Of a DNA stretch of 64,000 nucleotides, positions 43,674-54,322 are shown piece after piece. The stretch is from a virus (Duplodnaviria; Caudoviricetes): positions 64,001-128,000 of IMG/VR virus record IMGVR_UViG_3300006056_000001. The stretch is one strand, 5' to 3'. The notes under the pieces are model-generated. The model made no database searches and was not told the origin of the DNA. It worked only from the letters and a program-made list of their open reading frames with translations. The position numbers and the translations under genes were made by a program. The first letter of the stretch is position 1. Each line of letters begins with the position of its first letter.

Positions 43674-45113
43674 ATGAAAATCAATCCATTGATGGCGCTA
43701 GATTTCTACAAGACTGATCACATTAGTCAATACCCTAAAGGATTAACTAAGATTGTCAGTAATATGACTCCTAGAAAATCTAGGATTCCAGATCTTGATG
43801 TTGTAGTCTGGTTTGGTCTTCAGTATTACATTAAAGAATATTTACTAAAGTTCTGGGATGCTTTCTTTTTAGATCCAGAATATTACATTCGACACTTTGA
43901 ATCTACTGTAAGACAAGGTGTTAATCCTAATTACAATGCTGACTTTCTTAGACAGTTAGGAAAGTTAGGATACATGCCACTTCGTATTAAATCAGTACCT
44001 GAGGGTACTGTCATGCCTATTAGACTTCCGTGCATGACTATTGAGAATACTCATCCAGACTTTGCTTGGTTGCCTAATTTCCTTGAGACTCAGCTATCTG
44101 CTGAAGTCTGGCAGGTTGCAACAAGCGCTACTATTGCATATCATTATGCAACTGTATTTAAGTCTTTCGCTGAAAAGACGGGCGCTGATACAAAATTCTG
44201 CTTCTGGCAGGGGCATGACTTCTCTATGAGAGGTATGGCTTCTGTAGAAGCTGCTGCTAAGTCAGGGGCCGCTCACTTATTGTCTTTCTATGGAACAGAC
44301 ACAGTAAGCGCTTTTGACTGGATTCGTCAATATTATAACACCAATGATTTTATTGGTGGTAGCGTTCCTGCTACTGAGCACAGTGTGATGTGCGCTGGTG
44401 GAAAGGAAAGTGAACTACAAACTTATCGAAGACTTATTAATACATATAAAGAAGGAATTGTTAGTATTGTAAGTGATACTTGGGACTTCTGGTCCGTTAT
44501 TACTGTTATCCTACCTATTCTTAAGAATGAAATTATGGCTCGTAATGGTAAAGTAGTTATTAGACCAGATAGCGGTGATCCTGTAGATATTCTCTGCGGA
44601 GACACCAACAGTGGTACAAACCATATTCATAAGGGGCTTATTGAATGTTTATGGGATTTATTCGGTGGTACTACTAATGATAAGGGATATAAAGTCTTGG
44701 ACCCTCATATTGGAGCTATTTATGGAGACAGTATTACTATGGAAAGACAGAAGGCTATTCTCACAAAACTAGAACAAAAAGGCTTTGCTTCCAGTAATAT
44801 TGTTTTAGGTATCGGCAGCTTTACATATCAGTATACTACTAGAGATACCCTTGGCTGGGCTATTAAGGCTACTTATGCAGAGATCAATAATCAGCCTCAA
44901 GCGTTATTTAAAGCGCCTAAGACTGATGACGGCACTAAGTTCTCGGCTGTAGGCCTTCCTCATATTAACAAAGACTTTGTTCTTACTCAGAATGTAGATA
45001 TGACAAAGTTTGAAAGTGCAGATAATATTCTACAAACTGTATATAATAATGGCAATCTACTTATTGATTATCGTTTTCAAGAAGTAAGAAAAAGATTAGG
45101 AATTATCCTGTGA
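43674..45113 (+). CDS. Nicotinamide phosphoribosyltransferase-like (NadV/Namat)
   Basis: DFYKTDH..QYP, HDFSMRG, SVPATEHSVM, SIVSDTWD, IRPDSGDP, IYGDSIT. Confidence 0.93.
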   Translation: MKINPLMALDFYKTDHISQYPKGLTKIVSNMTPRKSRIPDLDVVVWFGLQYYIKEYLLKFWDAFFLDPEYYIRHFESTVRQGVNPNYNADFLRQLGKLGYMPLRIKSVPEGTVMPIRLPCMTIENTHPDFAWLPNFLETQLSAEVWQVATSATIAYHYATVFKSFAEKTGADTKFCFWQGHDFSMRGMASVEAAAKSGAAHLLSFYGTDTVSAFDWIRQYYNTNDFIGGSVPATEHSVMCAGGKESELQTYRRLINTYKEGIVSIVSDTWDFWSVITVILPILKNEIMARNGKVVIRPDSGDPVDILCGDTNSGTNHIHKGLIECLWDLFGGTTNDKGYKVLDPHIGAIYGDSITMERQKAILTKLEQKGFASSNIVLGIGSFTYQYTTRDTLGWAIKATYAEINNQPQALFKAPKTDDGTKFSAVGLPHINKDFVLTQNVDMTKFESADNILQTVYNNGNLLIDYRFQEVRKRLGIIL

Positions 45114-45547
45114 AGAAAAAAAAAGCTAAGAAGAAAAGTAATACTTTAAAAAGTGTTACTACGCCTTGGGGCTCTTATCAATATATTTATGTAGATCTTC
45201 TTAATGGAATTGTTATTAAGAAGCTTACTATTAAAGAAGGAAATAGATTTAGCCTCCAATCTCATTCTCATAGAATAGAGAATTGGAAAATAATCTATTC
45301 TCAAGGAAATCAATTTTCTATTATTAAAGAAAGTAATACTTTAAGTTATTATATTTCAGAAACTAATCATAATTTTAATTCTGATATGATTACTATCTTT
45401 TCTGGAGAAAAACATAGAGCAGAAGCTCTAGTTGGAGATCTTGAGATTATTGAGATCTCAACTTTTAGTCCTTATTTATACTATACTACATTAGAAGAAT
45501 TTGAATCAGATATTAGACGCTATCATGATGATTACGGTCGTGCGTGA
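45110..45547 (+). CDS. Cupin (mannose-6-phosphate isomerase type II C-terminal-like)
   Basis: TPWGSY, RFSLQSHSHRIENW, KHR, IRRYHDDYGR. Confidence 0.75.
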   Translation: MKKKKAKKKSNTLKSVTTPWGSYQYIYVDLLNGIVIKKLTIKEGNRFSLQSHSHRIENWKIIYSQGNQFSIIKESNTLSYYISETNHNFNSDMITIFSGEKHRAEALVGDLEIIEISTFSPYLYYTTLEEFESDIRRYHDDYGRA

Positions 45548-45555
45548 CCGTTTAC

Positions 45556-45632
45556 CCCGTCGTAGCTCAATTGGTTAGAGCAAACGACTCATAATCGTTA
45601 GGTTCTTGGATCATACCCAAGCGACGGGACCA
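45556..45632 (+). tRNA. tRNA-CAT, probably Ile2 (TilS substrate)
   Basis: AACGA-CTCATAA-TCGTT resembles Ile2 arms; atypical T-loop ATCATAC; CCA. Confidence 0.75.
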
Positions 45633-45821
45633 GTTGCGCAACACAGCGTATGTTTAGATAGAAAACGTTAATACGTTGTTTAATTTAGAATGTTTATAGT
45701 ATAACAAATGAGTTGTTATACATAGTTTTTAATTGTTTATATCTATCTGCTTGGTAACAAAGCACTGGACATGCTTTGTTTAGGCAAAGGTGTAGAGCCC
45801 GTAAGAACAACGTCCATTTAA

Positions 45822-45897
45822 GGTCCCATAGCTCAGTTGGTAGAGCGCTTCCCCTACAAGGAAGATGTCGGGGGTTCGAGCCCCTCTGGGACCACCA
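45822..45897 (+). tRNA. tRNA-Val(TAC)
   Basis: CTTCC-CCTACAA-GGAAG (C33); CCA. Confidence 0.85.
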
Positions 45898-46417
45898 CAA
45901 TCCACAAGAGGTTACATATGTTAACAATACTTATAGCAGGGTTCCTAGTAACTATTGTTTATATTAATCTTGATTTCTTTATTAAGGTATTACTTAGTAT
46001 TTTCGTAGGATACATTATGTTTAGTGTATTATTTGTCTTTTATTGGCTTTGTTATGCCGCCTGGCAGCAAATCTCATTTAAAGACTCATATAATTCGATC
46101 AAAAACTATACAACAATGTTCAAAAATTATGTATATTCTAAGTTTAGAAAAGTAAATGCCTGATATGTCCTCTAAGAAGGAATACGAAAATTTTCCTCCT
46201 GCACATATTACTATTATATTTTTCCTAGGATTTCTAGGAATGATTTGTTCATTTATGTTTACATTATTTTCTATATATCATCAAGAATATAATTTAGTAA
46301 TAAAATACATAATTATTACTATAGGGCTAAGATATTCATTAGAATATTTGCTGAAACCTTATGATCTAAAAGAAGTAAAATAAAATACTTCTAGCTTCCG
46401 GCGGTCAAGGAGGTTTC

Positions 46418-48160
46418 ATGTCTTTAAGCGCAGAAGACACAGAAGAAGATTATTACGAAGAGGAAGAAGAAGTAGAGGTAAAAGAGCAAGACAAGTTAGA
46501 AGATTTCAGTATTGTTTTTCAAGTATCATCCATGTTTGATGATTTACTTGCTCCACCTAGTATTGAAGTTCCTTTAAGTCAGCCTGTCATGAGAGCTGAG
46601 TCCTCTGGATTACCAGATGGATCAGTTACTTATGCAGACCATGTAGCCCCTATTGGAGAAACACTAGATAAGTTTTGTGCTCGTTTGTCTAGAGAGGCTA
46701 ATCAAGCTTGGACTGAGTGGACCTCCACTCCTCCAGAAGGATTTACTCTAGGCACTAGTAAGCACATTCTTGATATTCAAGATAAACTATTAGGAGAAGA
46801 CAAGAAATATTATGAAGAAATCAAGAGACTTAAGTCTATTGAAGACTCTATTTACCAAGAAGAAGAGGATCTTAAGGTAAAAAGAATATCTTCTGAATGT
46901 ACTCATTTCAGAACGCCACATATTCTTAGTGAAATTCAAAATAGATACTATATCAAGAAAGAAATTATTAAAGGAGACTTTGGTCAGATTATTACTAAGG
47001 AAACGAAGGTAGATAGAATTGCACCAGGGGCCACTCTTAAAGTTATTGAAGGTATTTCTTCTAGTAAAGTAGAGAGATCTATTTATCGAATCTCTCATCA
47101 AGAATCTTTACAAAGATATAACTTTACTAAACATGAGACTGAAGTCTGGCGTAAACCTGCCAGAATTGATGACGATAAGTATATTCCAAATGCTTTTAGT
47201 CCAGAAGATGATCTAGACTATATTCCACCTTCTTCTCTTAATTCTACTAACTTCAACATATATCCTCCTGCTTCTAGAGCATATAATTGTACTTTTAAAG
47301 TTTATTATGTATTAAATACTAAATATTTTCAGACTACTAAAAACCCAGATTTAAAACAGAAGTATTTATATTCTAAAGTATATAGACCTACCTCTAAGAA
47401 AGACTATACTTCTGCTTCTAGCTTAGAGTATATTATCAAAGAAAAGGGCTTTACTCAAGAATTTGAGATTGTCATTGATGAGTATATGGCCCACGGTCGC
47501 GCTTACCCAAAGTGTAAGTTCGAGATAGATCTCAGGGTCACATATGGAGATCAACTCCAACCTGATCCTAACAATTACAAAAAAGTAGACCCAGAATCTG
47601 TTCTGGGCTTAAAGTTGCTTCAATTACTAAATGAACAGCCTTATCTTTGGAAAGAATTCACCTGGGATGTAACTACTGATCACGAGGACGGATCAACAAC
47701 CACTGACAAAATCGTCGCCGTAGGGTTTCTAATAGAAAATCCTCGTGATAGCTATGGTAAGAGAATCTATTGGGTATATTTGAATAGAGAAGCTAATGCT
47801 ATTGGTAAACCTTCTTTCTTAAGAAAGAAAAAGATACCTCCACAATTCTCTTATCGGCCTTATAAGTTAGCAGGTGGTGAGAAAGAAATTCCTTTCATTG
47901 CCTCTGTTCGCTTGTCTAATGGTTATTTTTATTACAATAAGAAAAGAGAACTTGTCTCTTTTGAAACAATTATTTCTGATGTCAAAAACTATATGTTTTC
48001 TAAAGATTATCTTTTTGTTCGTCAAGAACAAGAATCTCCATATATTAGCATTTCTGTATTGCACTTTATTCATAAATCTATGTCTACCAAACAACAAAGA
48101 CTGCTTGCTTACCTAACACTGAAAAGAGAGATCGAAGATGGAAACGCGACCTGTAGTTAG
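46418..48160 (+). CDS. Large hypothetical protein with acidic N-terminus
   Basis: 580 aa; AGGAGG RBS; no motif recognised. Confidence 0.6.
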   Translation: MSLSAEDTEEDYYEEEEEVEVKEQDKLEDFSIVFQVSSMFDDLLAPPSIEVPLSQPVMRAESSGLPDGSVTYADHVAPIGETLDKFCARLSREANQAWTEWTSTPPEGFTLGTSKHILDIQDKLLGEDKKYYEEIKRLKSIEDSIYQEEEDLKVKRISSECTHFRTPHILSEIQNRYYIKKEIIKGDFGQIITKETKVDRIAPGATLKVIEGISSSKVERSIYRISHQESLQRYNFTKHETEVWRKPARIDDDKYIPNAFSPEDDLDYIPPSSLNSTNFNIYPPASRAYNCTFKVYYVLNTKYFQTTKNPDLKQKYLYSKVYRPTSKKDYTSASSLEYIIKEKGFTQEFEIVIDEYMAHGRAYPKCKFEIDLRVTYGDQLQPDPNNYKKVDPESVLGLKLLQLLNEQPYLWKEFTWDVTTDHEDGSTTTDKIVAVGFLIENPRDSYGKRIYWVYLNREANAIGKPSFLRKKKIPPQFSYRPYKLAGGEKEIPFIASVRLSNGYFYYNKKRELVSFETIISDVKNYMFSKDYLFVRQEQESPYISISVLHFIHKSMSTKQQRLLAYLTLKREIEDGNATCS

Positions 48161-48785
48161 TTTTGGACAACTCCTGTTTGAGCACGGCATTGAGGGCTAT
48201 GACCCTACTGCTAAGGACACTCCCACTAAGGGAGTGGTGAATGCTGGTGGTGCGAAGGTTTTCGCCCACTACAACTTGTCCAGCCCCACTTGCCCTATTA
48301 GTATCCGCAACGAGCCTTTGGCGAAGCTTTTTTCGGCCAAGGGTGTGATTCTATATGCTGTGAATCGTATTCAGCTCGATGATGAAGGCAAGCCTGTTCA
48401 TGTCAAGACCGGCGGGTACAATCGTATCTGCGCTGGGTTGATGGCATATGCCAGCAATCGACAGGACAAGGCAGCAGCTACTGAGCTGAAGGGACGGATT
48501 CTTGATATTATCAAGGCAGAAGGTCTTGACGCTTCTGATCACGTCGAGGTCCTTTCGGATATTCCAAATATTGATTTGAACTGCATGAAGAGCGTGTTGT
48601 TCAGGAACGCTTTGGGACAGAACGTTCCTATCCAACCTGCAGGGGTGGTCCTAATGGCCTTCCCAAGTGGTGGTCCGAATAGTAATGCTCTCTGGTCCTA
48701 TAGGAACCAGAAGGCATCTTCGCGGTCCGCCATGTCTGATGCGACTACTGCATCGCCTCAGGAAACCAGCGACGTTCCTTTCTAA
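48138..48785 (+). CDS. GC-rich protein with SSB-like tail (ETSDVPF)
   Basis: C-terminal DVPF after a low-complexity linker. Confidence 0.5.
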   Translation: METRPVVSFGQLLFEHGIEGYDPTAKDTPTKGVVNAGGAKVFAHYNLSSPTCPISIRNEPLAKLFSAKGVILYAVNRIQLDDEGKPVHVKTGGYNRICAGLMAYASNRQDKAAATELKGRILDIIKAEGLDASDHVEVLSDIPNIDLNCMKSVLFRNALGQNVPIQPAGVVLMAFPSGGPNSNALWSYRNQKASSRSAMSDATTASPQETSDVPF

Positions 48786-48809
48786 TCTAGAAGGAACTAA
48801 AATACATAT

Positions 48810-48845
48810 GGGGGACCAGGACTTAGATCTTGGTCCCCTTTTTTT
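48810..48845 (+). terminator. Intrinsic terminator
   Basis: GGGGACCAGGA/TCTTGGTCCCC + T7. Confidence 0.85.
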
Positions 48846-50417
48846 ACATGAGTAATTCTCCACATTTTCAATACAGAATTGTCAAAATATTAGTAGATAA
48901 TAAGTACCCAGCTTATAAGATAGCTGAGGTATTTTTTGATCAAAATAAGCCAGTTAATTTTACTTTACTAAATACTTTTAGTTCTTTTCCTAATCCTAAT
49001 TTAGGAATTTCAGATCAACAAGCAATTGCTGATTTAAAGAAAGATGTAGAGGAAATCATGAAAGCTTTTGACTTACGTATAATTGACGCCGAGACTATGT
49101 CAGAAATATGAAAGCCAATAAGATACTTCAAAAGATATTTGATAGATTAACTCTTTTATATAAGAAAATTACAGATGCAAATTGGGATGATCCTAAAAAT
49201 ATCCTAATATTGATCGCATGTGTAGTTCTTCCTTTTGTAGCTTGGTATTACATTTCTACCGGGCTTGTGCTAGGACTATGTATGTCTATTAGCATACTAT
49301 GGTTACTGGAAAAGTCTCCAGTATTCATAAAAGAACTTGTTGTCGAGCACCCCTTGGCAGCAGATTTATTGTTGTCTTCTTTTGCCTTGGTATCCATTGG
49401 AGGATTCTTTGGCACTGGATTGACGTTGGGACTAGGCGCTGTCTTTTCAACCATAATTTTAAGCTGGGCTCTAGTCTCATTTGCAGAAAAGTTCAAGAGA
49501 GAACAAGATGAAACAACCGCTAGAAGTTAACCCTCTATACTATACTCCTTATATTATTCATGATGTCGTAACTGTTTACGACAAGTCTATTGGTCAATAC
49601 GTAGATCGTCATAGAACGGTCGGTATTTCTTTCAATAGACTAAAGAAGATTGTTATTGCAAGTACTATTTGCAGTAATCTTGATTCTTTTGACAAGAAGA
49701 AAGGTACCAATATTGTTCGTAGCAGAATCAATACTGCTTTAAAGACTCATTTCAGAAGAGCAAAGAATGTATTAAGTTTTGATTCTATTAAGGATTTTAA
49801 TTCTTTCTGTGATAGATTTGATGATATTTCTAAGCTACTATTTGTTCCTTATGAAGTAACCCAGCAGGGCGAAGATTCTTTTAATAAAGTAAGACTTGTT
49901 GATCCAAAGTGCCGAAATACGGACGTAAAGGATCCTAGCGAGATCTATTTAAATAAGACCCATATTAATGATCTTTATACTAGATTCTTCTATGCACAAG
50001 AACCAAAACAAGAAGTCAATGAGCCAACTGCCTGCCAACCTTGTGGGGCTACAAGTCACGACCCAAATCTTGACTGAAAACCCTTCTTGGGTTTTCGTAT
50101 TTGGTGATAATACACTAAGGCGTGGTCTCGGAGGTGCTGCCAAGCTCCGATATCACCCTCAGGCATATGGTTTTATTACCAAGAAATATCCTACTTATGA
50201 AGATACGGCCTTTTATAGGCCAGAAGAATATCAAGAAATATATAAAAAAGAATTAGAAAAACTTAAGAAAGAAATTATTAATAAGTCTGATAAAACTTTC
50301 CTTATCTCTTTATTAGGCGCTGGCCGAGCAAATAAATATAAGATTTTTGAGACCGTAATAGAACCTTCTATTAAGAAGGATCTAGATTTTCCTAACGTCA
50401 AGTTCCTCTGGTAAAAA

Positions 50418-51164
50418 ATGTCTAAGCTCCACCAATTACTGGCAGTACATGATCCTGCCCAGACAATGTTCAAGAAAGTGAACGAGGAAGCAATTTCCAC
50501 GTTTACTAAGAAAACAAACCTATTTGAAGGTATTTCTTCAAATACTGTATCTAAGCTTGATAAAGAACATCCTCTTTATCCAAAGTTCCCAGACAATACT
50601 CAGCATGTTCCTGTTGCTGAGAATGTAGAATCAAAGCTTAACTACGTTTTTGAAGAAGCTATTAAGTATTTTGATATCAATTATCAGATTGACCTAGCTA
50701 ACTGCAAGGCAAGAGCAGATATTGTTCTTGATGGTAATGTTATTGCAAAGGATATCCCTGCTACTACTCTTCTATTCTTAGAAAACAAGTTTAAGAGTGT
50801 CCGGGGCGTTGTAGAAGCTGTTCCTACTCTTGATCCTGCTATTCAATGGACTAAGGACGGAGCTACTTATCGTACTCCAGAAGCATCTAAGCCTGTTATT
50901 GATATTGTTCCTGAACACACCGTAGTTTCTCCTCCTACGGAGAAGCATCCTGCTCAGGTTGCTGTAGTCAATAACACTTATATTAGAGGTATTACTAAGG
51001 TAACTGGTCTTTCTGGACGAATTACTGTTAACAGAAAGTCCGAACTATTAGCAAAGTGTGATAAGATTATTAATGCTTGTAAGCAAGCGCGTCAACGTGC
51101 AAATGATGTTGAACACGATAGTAGTGTAATCGGAAAAACACTATTTAACTATCTCATGGCTTGA
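50418..51164 (+). CDS. Conserved-type phage protein (MSKLHQLLAV...ARQRAN)
   Basis: 248 aa, long beta-hairpin/helical pattern; family not named with certainty. Confidence 0.55.
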   Translation: MSKLHQLLAVHDPAQTMFKKVNEEAISTFTKKTNLFEGISSNTVSKLDKEHPLYPKFPDNTQHVPVAENVESKLNYVFEEAIKYFDINYQIDLANCKARADIVLDGNVIAKDIPATTLLFLENKFKSVRGVVEAVPTLDPAIQWTKDGATYRTPEASKPVIDIVPEHTVVSPPTEKHPAQVAVVNNTYIRGITKVTGLSGRITVNRKSELLAKCDKIINACKQARQRANDVEHDSSVIGKTLFNYLMA

Positions 51165-51172
51165 GATAGTTT

Positions 51173-51249
51173 CGGGCTGTAGTGTAACTGGCTAGCACGA
51201 GGGACTTTGATTCCCTTAGAGTAGGGTTCAAATCCCTCCAGCCCAACCA
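51173..51249 (+). tRNA. tRNA-Gln(TTG)
   Basis: AGGGA-CTTTGAT-TCCCT; CCA. Confidence 0.82.
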
Positions 51250-51705
51250 TTAATTAAGGAATAAAATGTGTCTTTTAAAGAATTATGGTAAGTTAACCAT
51301 AAATTATTTAACTCTTGCTCAACTTGCTACTTTTGTAAGAAAATACACTAAAAAAGTAGGAAGTTATGTAGAAATTTATTCAGGACCTCTTTGTTATAAA
51401 ACTAAAGATCTTAGAGGATCTAGAGTAAGAAAAATAACAAGAGTAAATAGTAATGAATATTCATGTGAAGTAAAATATGTATATAATCAAAAAAGATTAA
51501 AATTTACATCATATGAAACTTCTTGTTTTATGCAAGAATATCAAAACGGTGATTTCCATTCTTTAAGAAAAACACTAAAATTATTATATGATCATGATAA
51601 ATATGAAGATCAACTATATCCCTATAGAATAAAAATAAATAATAAATCATGCCCTATTTTTGTTAAAGAATTTGCAGCCTGGGCTGATAGGTATTAAAAG
51701 TAAAT

Positions 51706-51791
51706 GGAAGGTGTCTGGCTGGTCGAAGACAGCGCCTTGAAAGCGCCTGCTCAGCAATGAGTCAAAGGTTCGAGTCCTTTACCTTCCGCCA
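51706..51791 (+). tRNA. tRNA-Ser(TGA)
   Basis: GCGC-CTTGAAA-GCGC; long V arm; G73 CCA. Confidence 0.85.
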
Positions 51792-51843
51792 TTTTAGAAG
51801 ACTGTTAGATCTAACTAATCCTGAAGTTCTTTGTAGTTGATAT

Positions 51844-51931
51844 GGAAGTGTGAGTGAGTGGTTTAAACTAGATCCTTGCTAAGGATCCGGCTGTCAAAGG
51901 CCCGTAGGTTCAAATCCTACCGCTTCCGCCA
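51844..51931 (+). tRNA. tRNA-Ser(GCT)
   Basis: GATCC-TTGCTAA-GGATC; long V arm; G73 CCA. Confidence 0.9.
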
Positions 51932-52016
51932 ACACTAGGTTCAGGCTTGGTGTGATCGTTATATTGTGATGTGATCGTTTCGAGTGTATAGGTTTCTAGG
52001 TCCAAAACAAGAGTAG

Positions 52017-52123
52017 ACACCAGCTTTAAGACATTACCGGGTAGGGGGTTCGACTCCCCTGGGGGCATCCATACTGCCCCTCAAGGTCGTACTTAGGTAT
52101 TCTTCTCGTTAAAATAGCTGTGT
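52017..52123 (+). ncRNA. Stand-alone permuted tRNA-like RNA
   Basis: T-arm AGGGG-TTCGACT-CCCCT followed by GGGGGCA-TCCATAC-TGCCCCT hairpin, enclosed by ACAC(C)AGCT/AGCTGTGT. Confidence 0.55.
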
Positions 52124-52199
52124 AGTTGAAATTTTTGATACTGACCTTGGTAAATGCAAACCGCAAATTTGCAATTTTCTCTTGAAAAGAAAAACAACC

Positions 52200-52244
52200 A
52201 AGAAACCCCAGGGAGGTTGGATAATTCTTCCCTGGGGGTTCTTT
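52200..52244 (+). terminator. Strong GC hairpin (terminator/processing site) before tilS
   Basis: CCCCAGGGAGG/TCTTCCCTGGGG followed by T-rich tail. Confidence 0.6.
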
Positions 52245-52261
52245 ATCTTAAACACCGAAAG

Positions 52262-52897
52262 ATGATCTCACTTCAGCAAAGACTACCAGATAACAATAAG
52301 TATTTCTTTGCTTGCTCAGGAGGCGTGGACAGCATGTCTGCTCTCCATTGGATGAAACAGGGAGGAAGATTACCTTATGCAATTATTCACGTGCATCACA
52401 ATACTGGTGATTACGCTGACCGTGCCTTGGAATTTGTTAAAAGAACATATACTGAGTATTGTTTTGACCTTTTCGTCAAAAATGTGGAAGGTGTTCCGCC
52501 CCCAGGAGAATCAAAAGAAGCCTGGTGGAGAGGAGAACGATATAAACTCTTCCAAGAAGTCTTAGATGAGACTGGAAAAGATTATCCTATTGTTTTAGCT
52601 CACAATCTTGATGATTGTGTAGAACAGTATATTATGAGAACTTGTATCCGTCTTTCTAAAAATAAGCTTATCTCGTATAAAGGTCCTGCTAATACTATTA
52701 GGCCTTTTCTTACTTGGAAAAAGAGTGAAATTATTGATTATGCAAAGCGCAATAATATTGATTGGATTGAAGATCCTTCTAATACTAATCCTTGCTTTTT
52801 AAGAAACAATATTAGACATAATCTAGTACCTTTGGTAGTAAAGATGAATCCTGGGATTCATTCGCAAGTTAGAAAAATGATTTTGGATATACAATGA
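52262..52897 (+). CDS. tilS: tRNA(Ile)-lysidine synthetase (short form)
   Basis: PP-loop SGGVDS, HVHH, R..RY, AHNLDD, RPFL, WIEDPSN, RNNIRH; likely start 52262. Confidence 0.92.
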   Translation: MISLQQRLPDNNKYFFACSGGVDSMSALHWMKQGGRLPYAIIHVHHNTGDYADRALEFVKRTYTEYCFDLFVKNVEGVPPPGESKEAWWRGERYKLFQEVLDETGKDYPIVLAHNLDDCVEQYIMRTCIRLSKNKLISYKGPANTIRPFLTWKKSEIIDYAKRNNIDWIEDPSNTNPCFLRNNIRHNLVPLVVKMNPGIHSQVRKMILDIQ

Positions 52898-53407
52898 ATG
52901 ATCAATTTCTTGATATTGAAGAGCTTAAAGCTCAATTAAGTTCTATAAGAGATTATGAAAAGAACTTAGAAGCTACAATAGGACAAGCAAAAATATTAGA
53001 TAAGTTTATTACTCCAAGATGTTATCATTTAGAATTTGATGAAAACTTTACTCAGTTAATGGAACTATTTAAGAATACTAAACTAATGAAAGAATTTAAT
53101 ATCAATGTAGAATATGATCAGAATCTTGATATTACTGGGGTTTATTTAGATAAAATAAAATTCATGATGGCATATAAGCATCTTAGTTTACAAAATATAT
53201 TTAAAGAGTATTTTAAATTAGCCAAAGAAAACAAGATAGAAATATTATATGGGCCTATTAAAGGATATAAGAACGAAGACGGCAGTGATTACGAAGATTT
53301 CATCATAGACCTTAAATAAGGTCTTGTATCAGGGTATAGCTCAATGGTAGAGTACGTGGTTTGGGGCCAGTTCTCTGTATCCCAAATAATGTAGTCGCAA
53401 AGACTAC

Positions 53408-53776
53408 ATGAAACAATGTAAATACTGCCATAAAAAATACCCAGAAAATCAGTTTGGAATAGCTAAAACTACTTCAACTAAGATCTATAGACGTCAAAAA
53501 TGTAATATATGCTACGCTATTACTAAACGTAAAAACAGACATAAGAAATCTCATTGGTTAGTAGAATACAAGAAAACTTTAAAATGTAGTAATTGTTCTT
53601 ATAATGATTATAGAGGCTTAGATTTTCATCACCCTAATGGCGATAAAGAAATAGATATAGGAACCTCTATATCTAGAAGATCTATAGAAAACACTAAGAA
53701 AGAAATAGATAAATGTATTGTACTTTGTGCATGTTGTCACAGAGAACTACACTATGACGAGCGTTACGGAATATAG
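53408..53776 (+). CDS. HNH homing endonuclease inside split tRNA-Pro
   Basis: CSNCSY..GLDFHH...EIDKCIVLCACCHRELH. Confidence 0.88.
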   Translation: MKQCKYCHKKYPENQFGIAKTTSTKIYRRQKCNICYAITKRKNRHKKSHWLVEYKKTLKCSNCSYNDYRGLDFHHPNGDKEIDIGTSISRRSIENTKKEIDKCIVLCACCHRELHYDERYGI

Positions 53777-53844
53777 CACAGTTTGGCTAGTGCGTTCGCT
53801 TTGGGAGCGAAAGGTCGAAGGTTCAAATCCTTCTATTCCGACCA
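53767..53844 (+). tRNA. tRNA-Pro(TGG), intact, nested within the split copy
   Basis: TTCGC-TTTGGGA-GCGAA; CCA; overlaps HNH stop codon. Confidence 0.9.
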
Positions 53845-54183
53845 TTTCATCGTCATGATAAAGTAGAAGGTTCGAGTCCTTCTATCCTGACCAACACAAT
53901 AAAAAGAGGAACTTAAATGAACATTACTGATGTTATGAATGGTATAGTTAGTAATAAAATTGATATTGAAAAATGTCAGCAACTTATTCATCAATTTAAT
54001 AAATTAAATAAAACTAATTATTTTATTAGAGTATTAAATGTTAATAATACTGAATTAGTAGGAACATCAGATTTTAATACAAATAGAATAAATATTACAT
54101 TAGTTAATGCTATTCCTGATAAAAGTGATATTGGATATTCTAGTGGATATATTACTGCATATGATATAGGATAAATAAAATAT

Positions 54184-54256
54184 AGCAGGGAGAATCGTTA
54201 TTCAAGAAAGTCTCATAAGCTTTCCTCCGAGGGTTAGACTCCCTCCCCTGCTTCCA
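54184..54256 (+). tRNA. Atypical tRNA-Met(CAT)
   Basis: GAAAGT-CTCATAA-GCTTTC; reduced D-arm; T-loop TTAGACT; CCA. Confidence 0.6.
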
Positions 54257-54322
54257 ATAGTCAGTTAATACTAGGCAACTGCTTATCGCCGGATCCTGAC
54301 TTTAAATAAAATCCGCATTCAC

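Larger units (their letters stand above)
53330..53893 (+). pseudogene. Split tRNA-Pro(TGG): 5' half 53330-53369, 3' half 53854-53893
   Basis: CAGGGTA pairs with TATCCTG-ACCA; CGTGG-TTTGGGG-CCA|TG. Confidence 0.8.

Noticed and set aside
52017-52200. Permuted two-piece tmRNA
   Set aside because: Acceptor lacks G3:U70/A73 and no convincing tag reading frame follows
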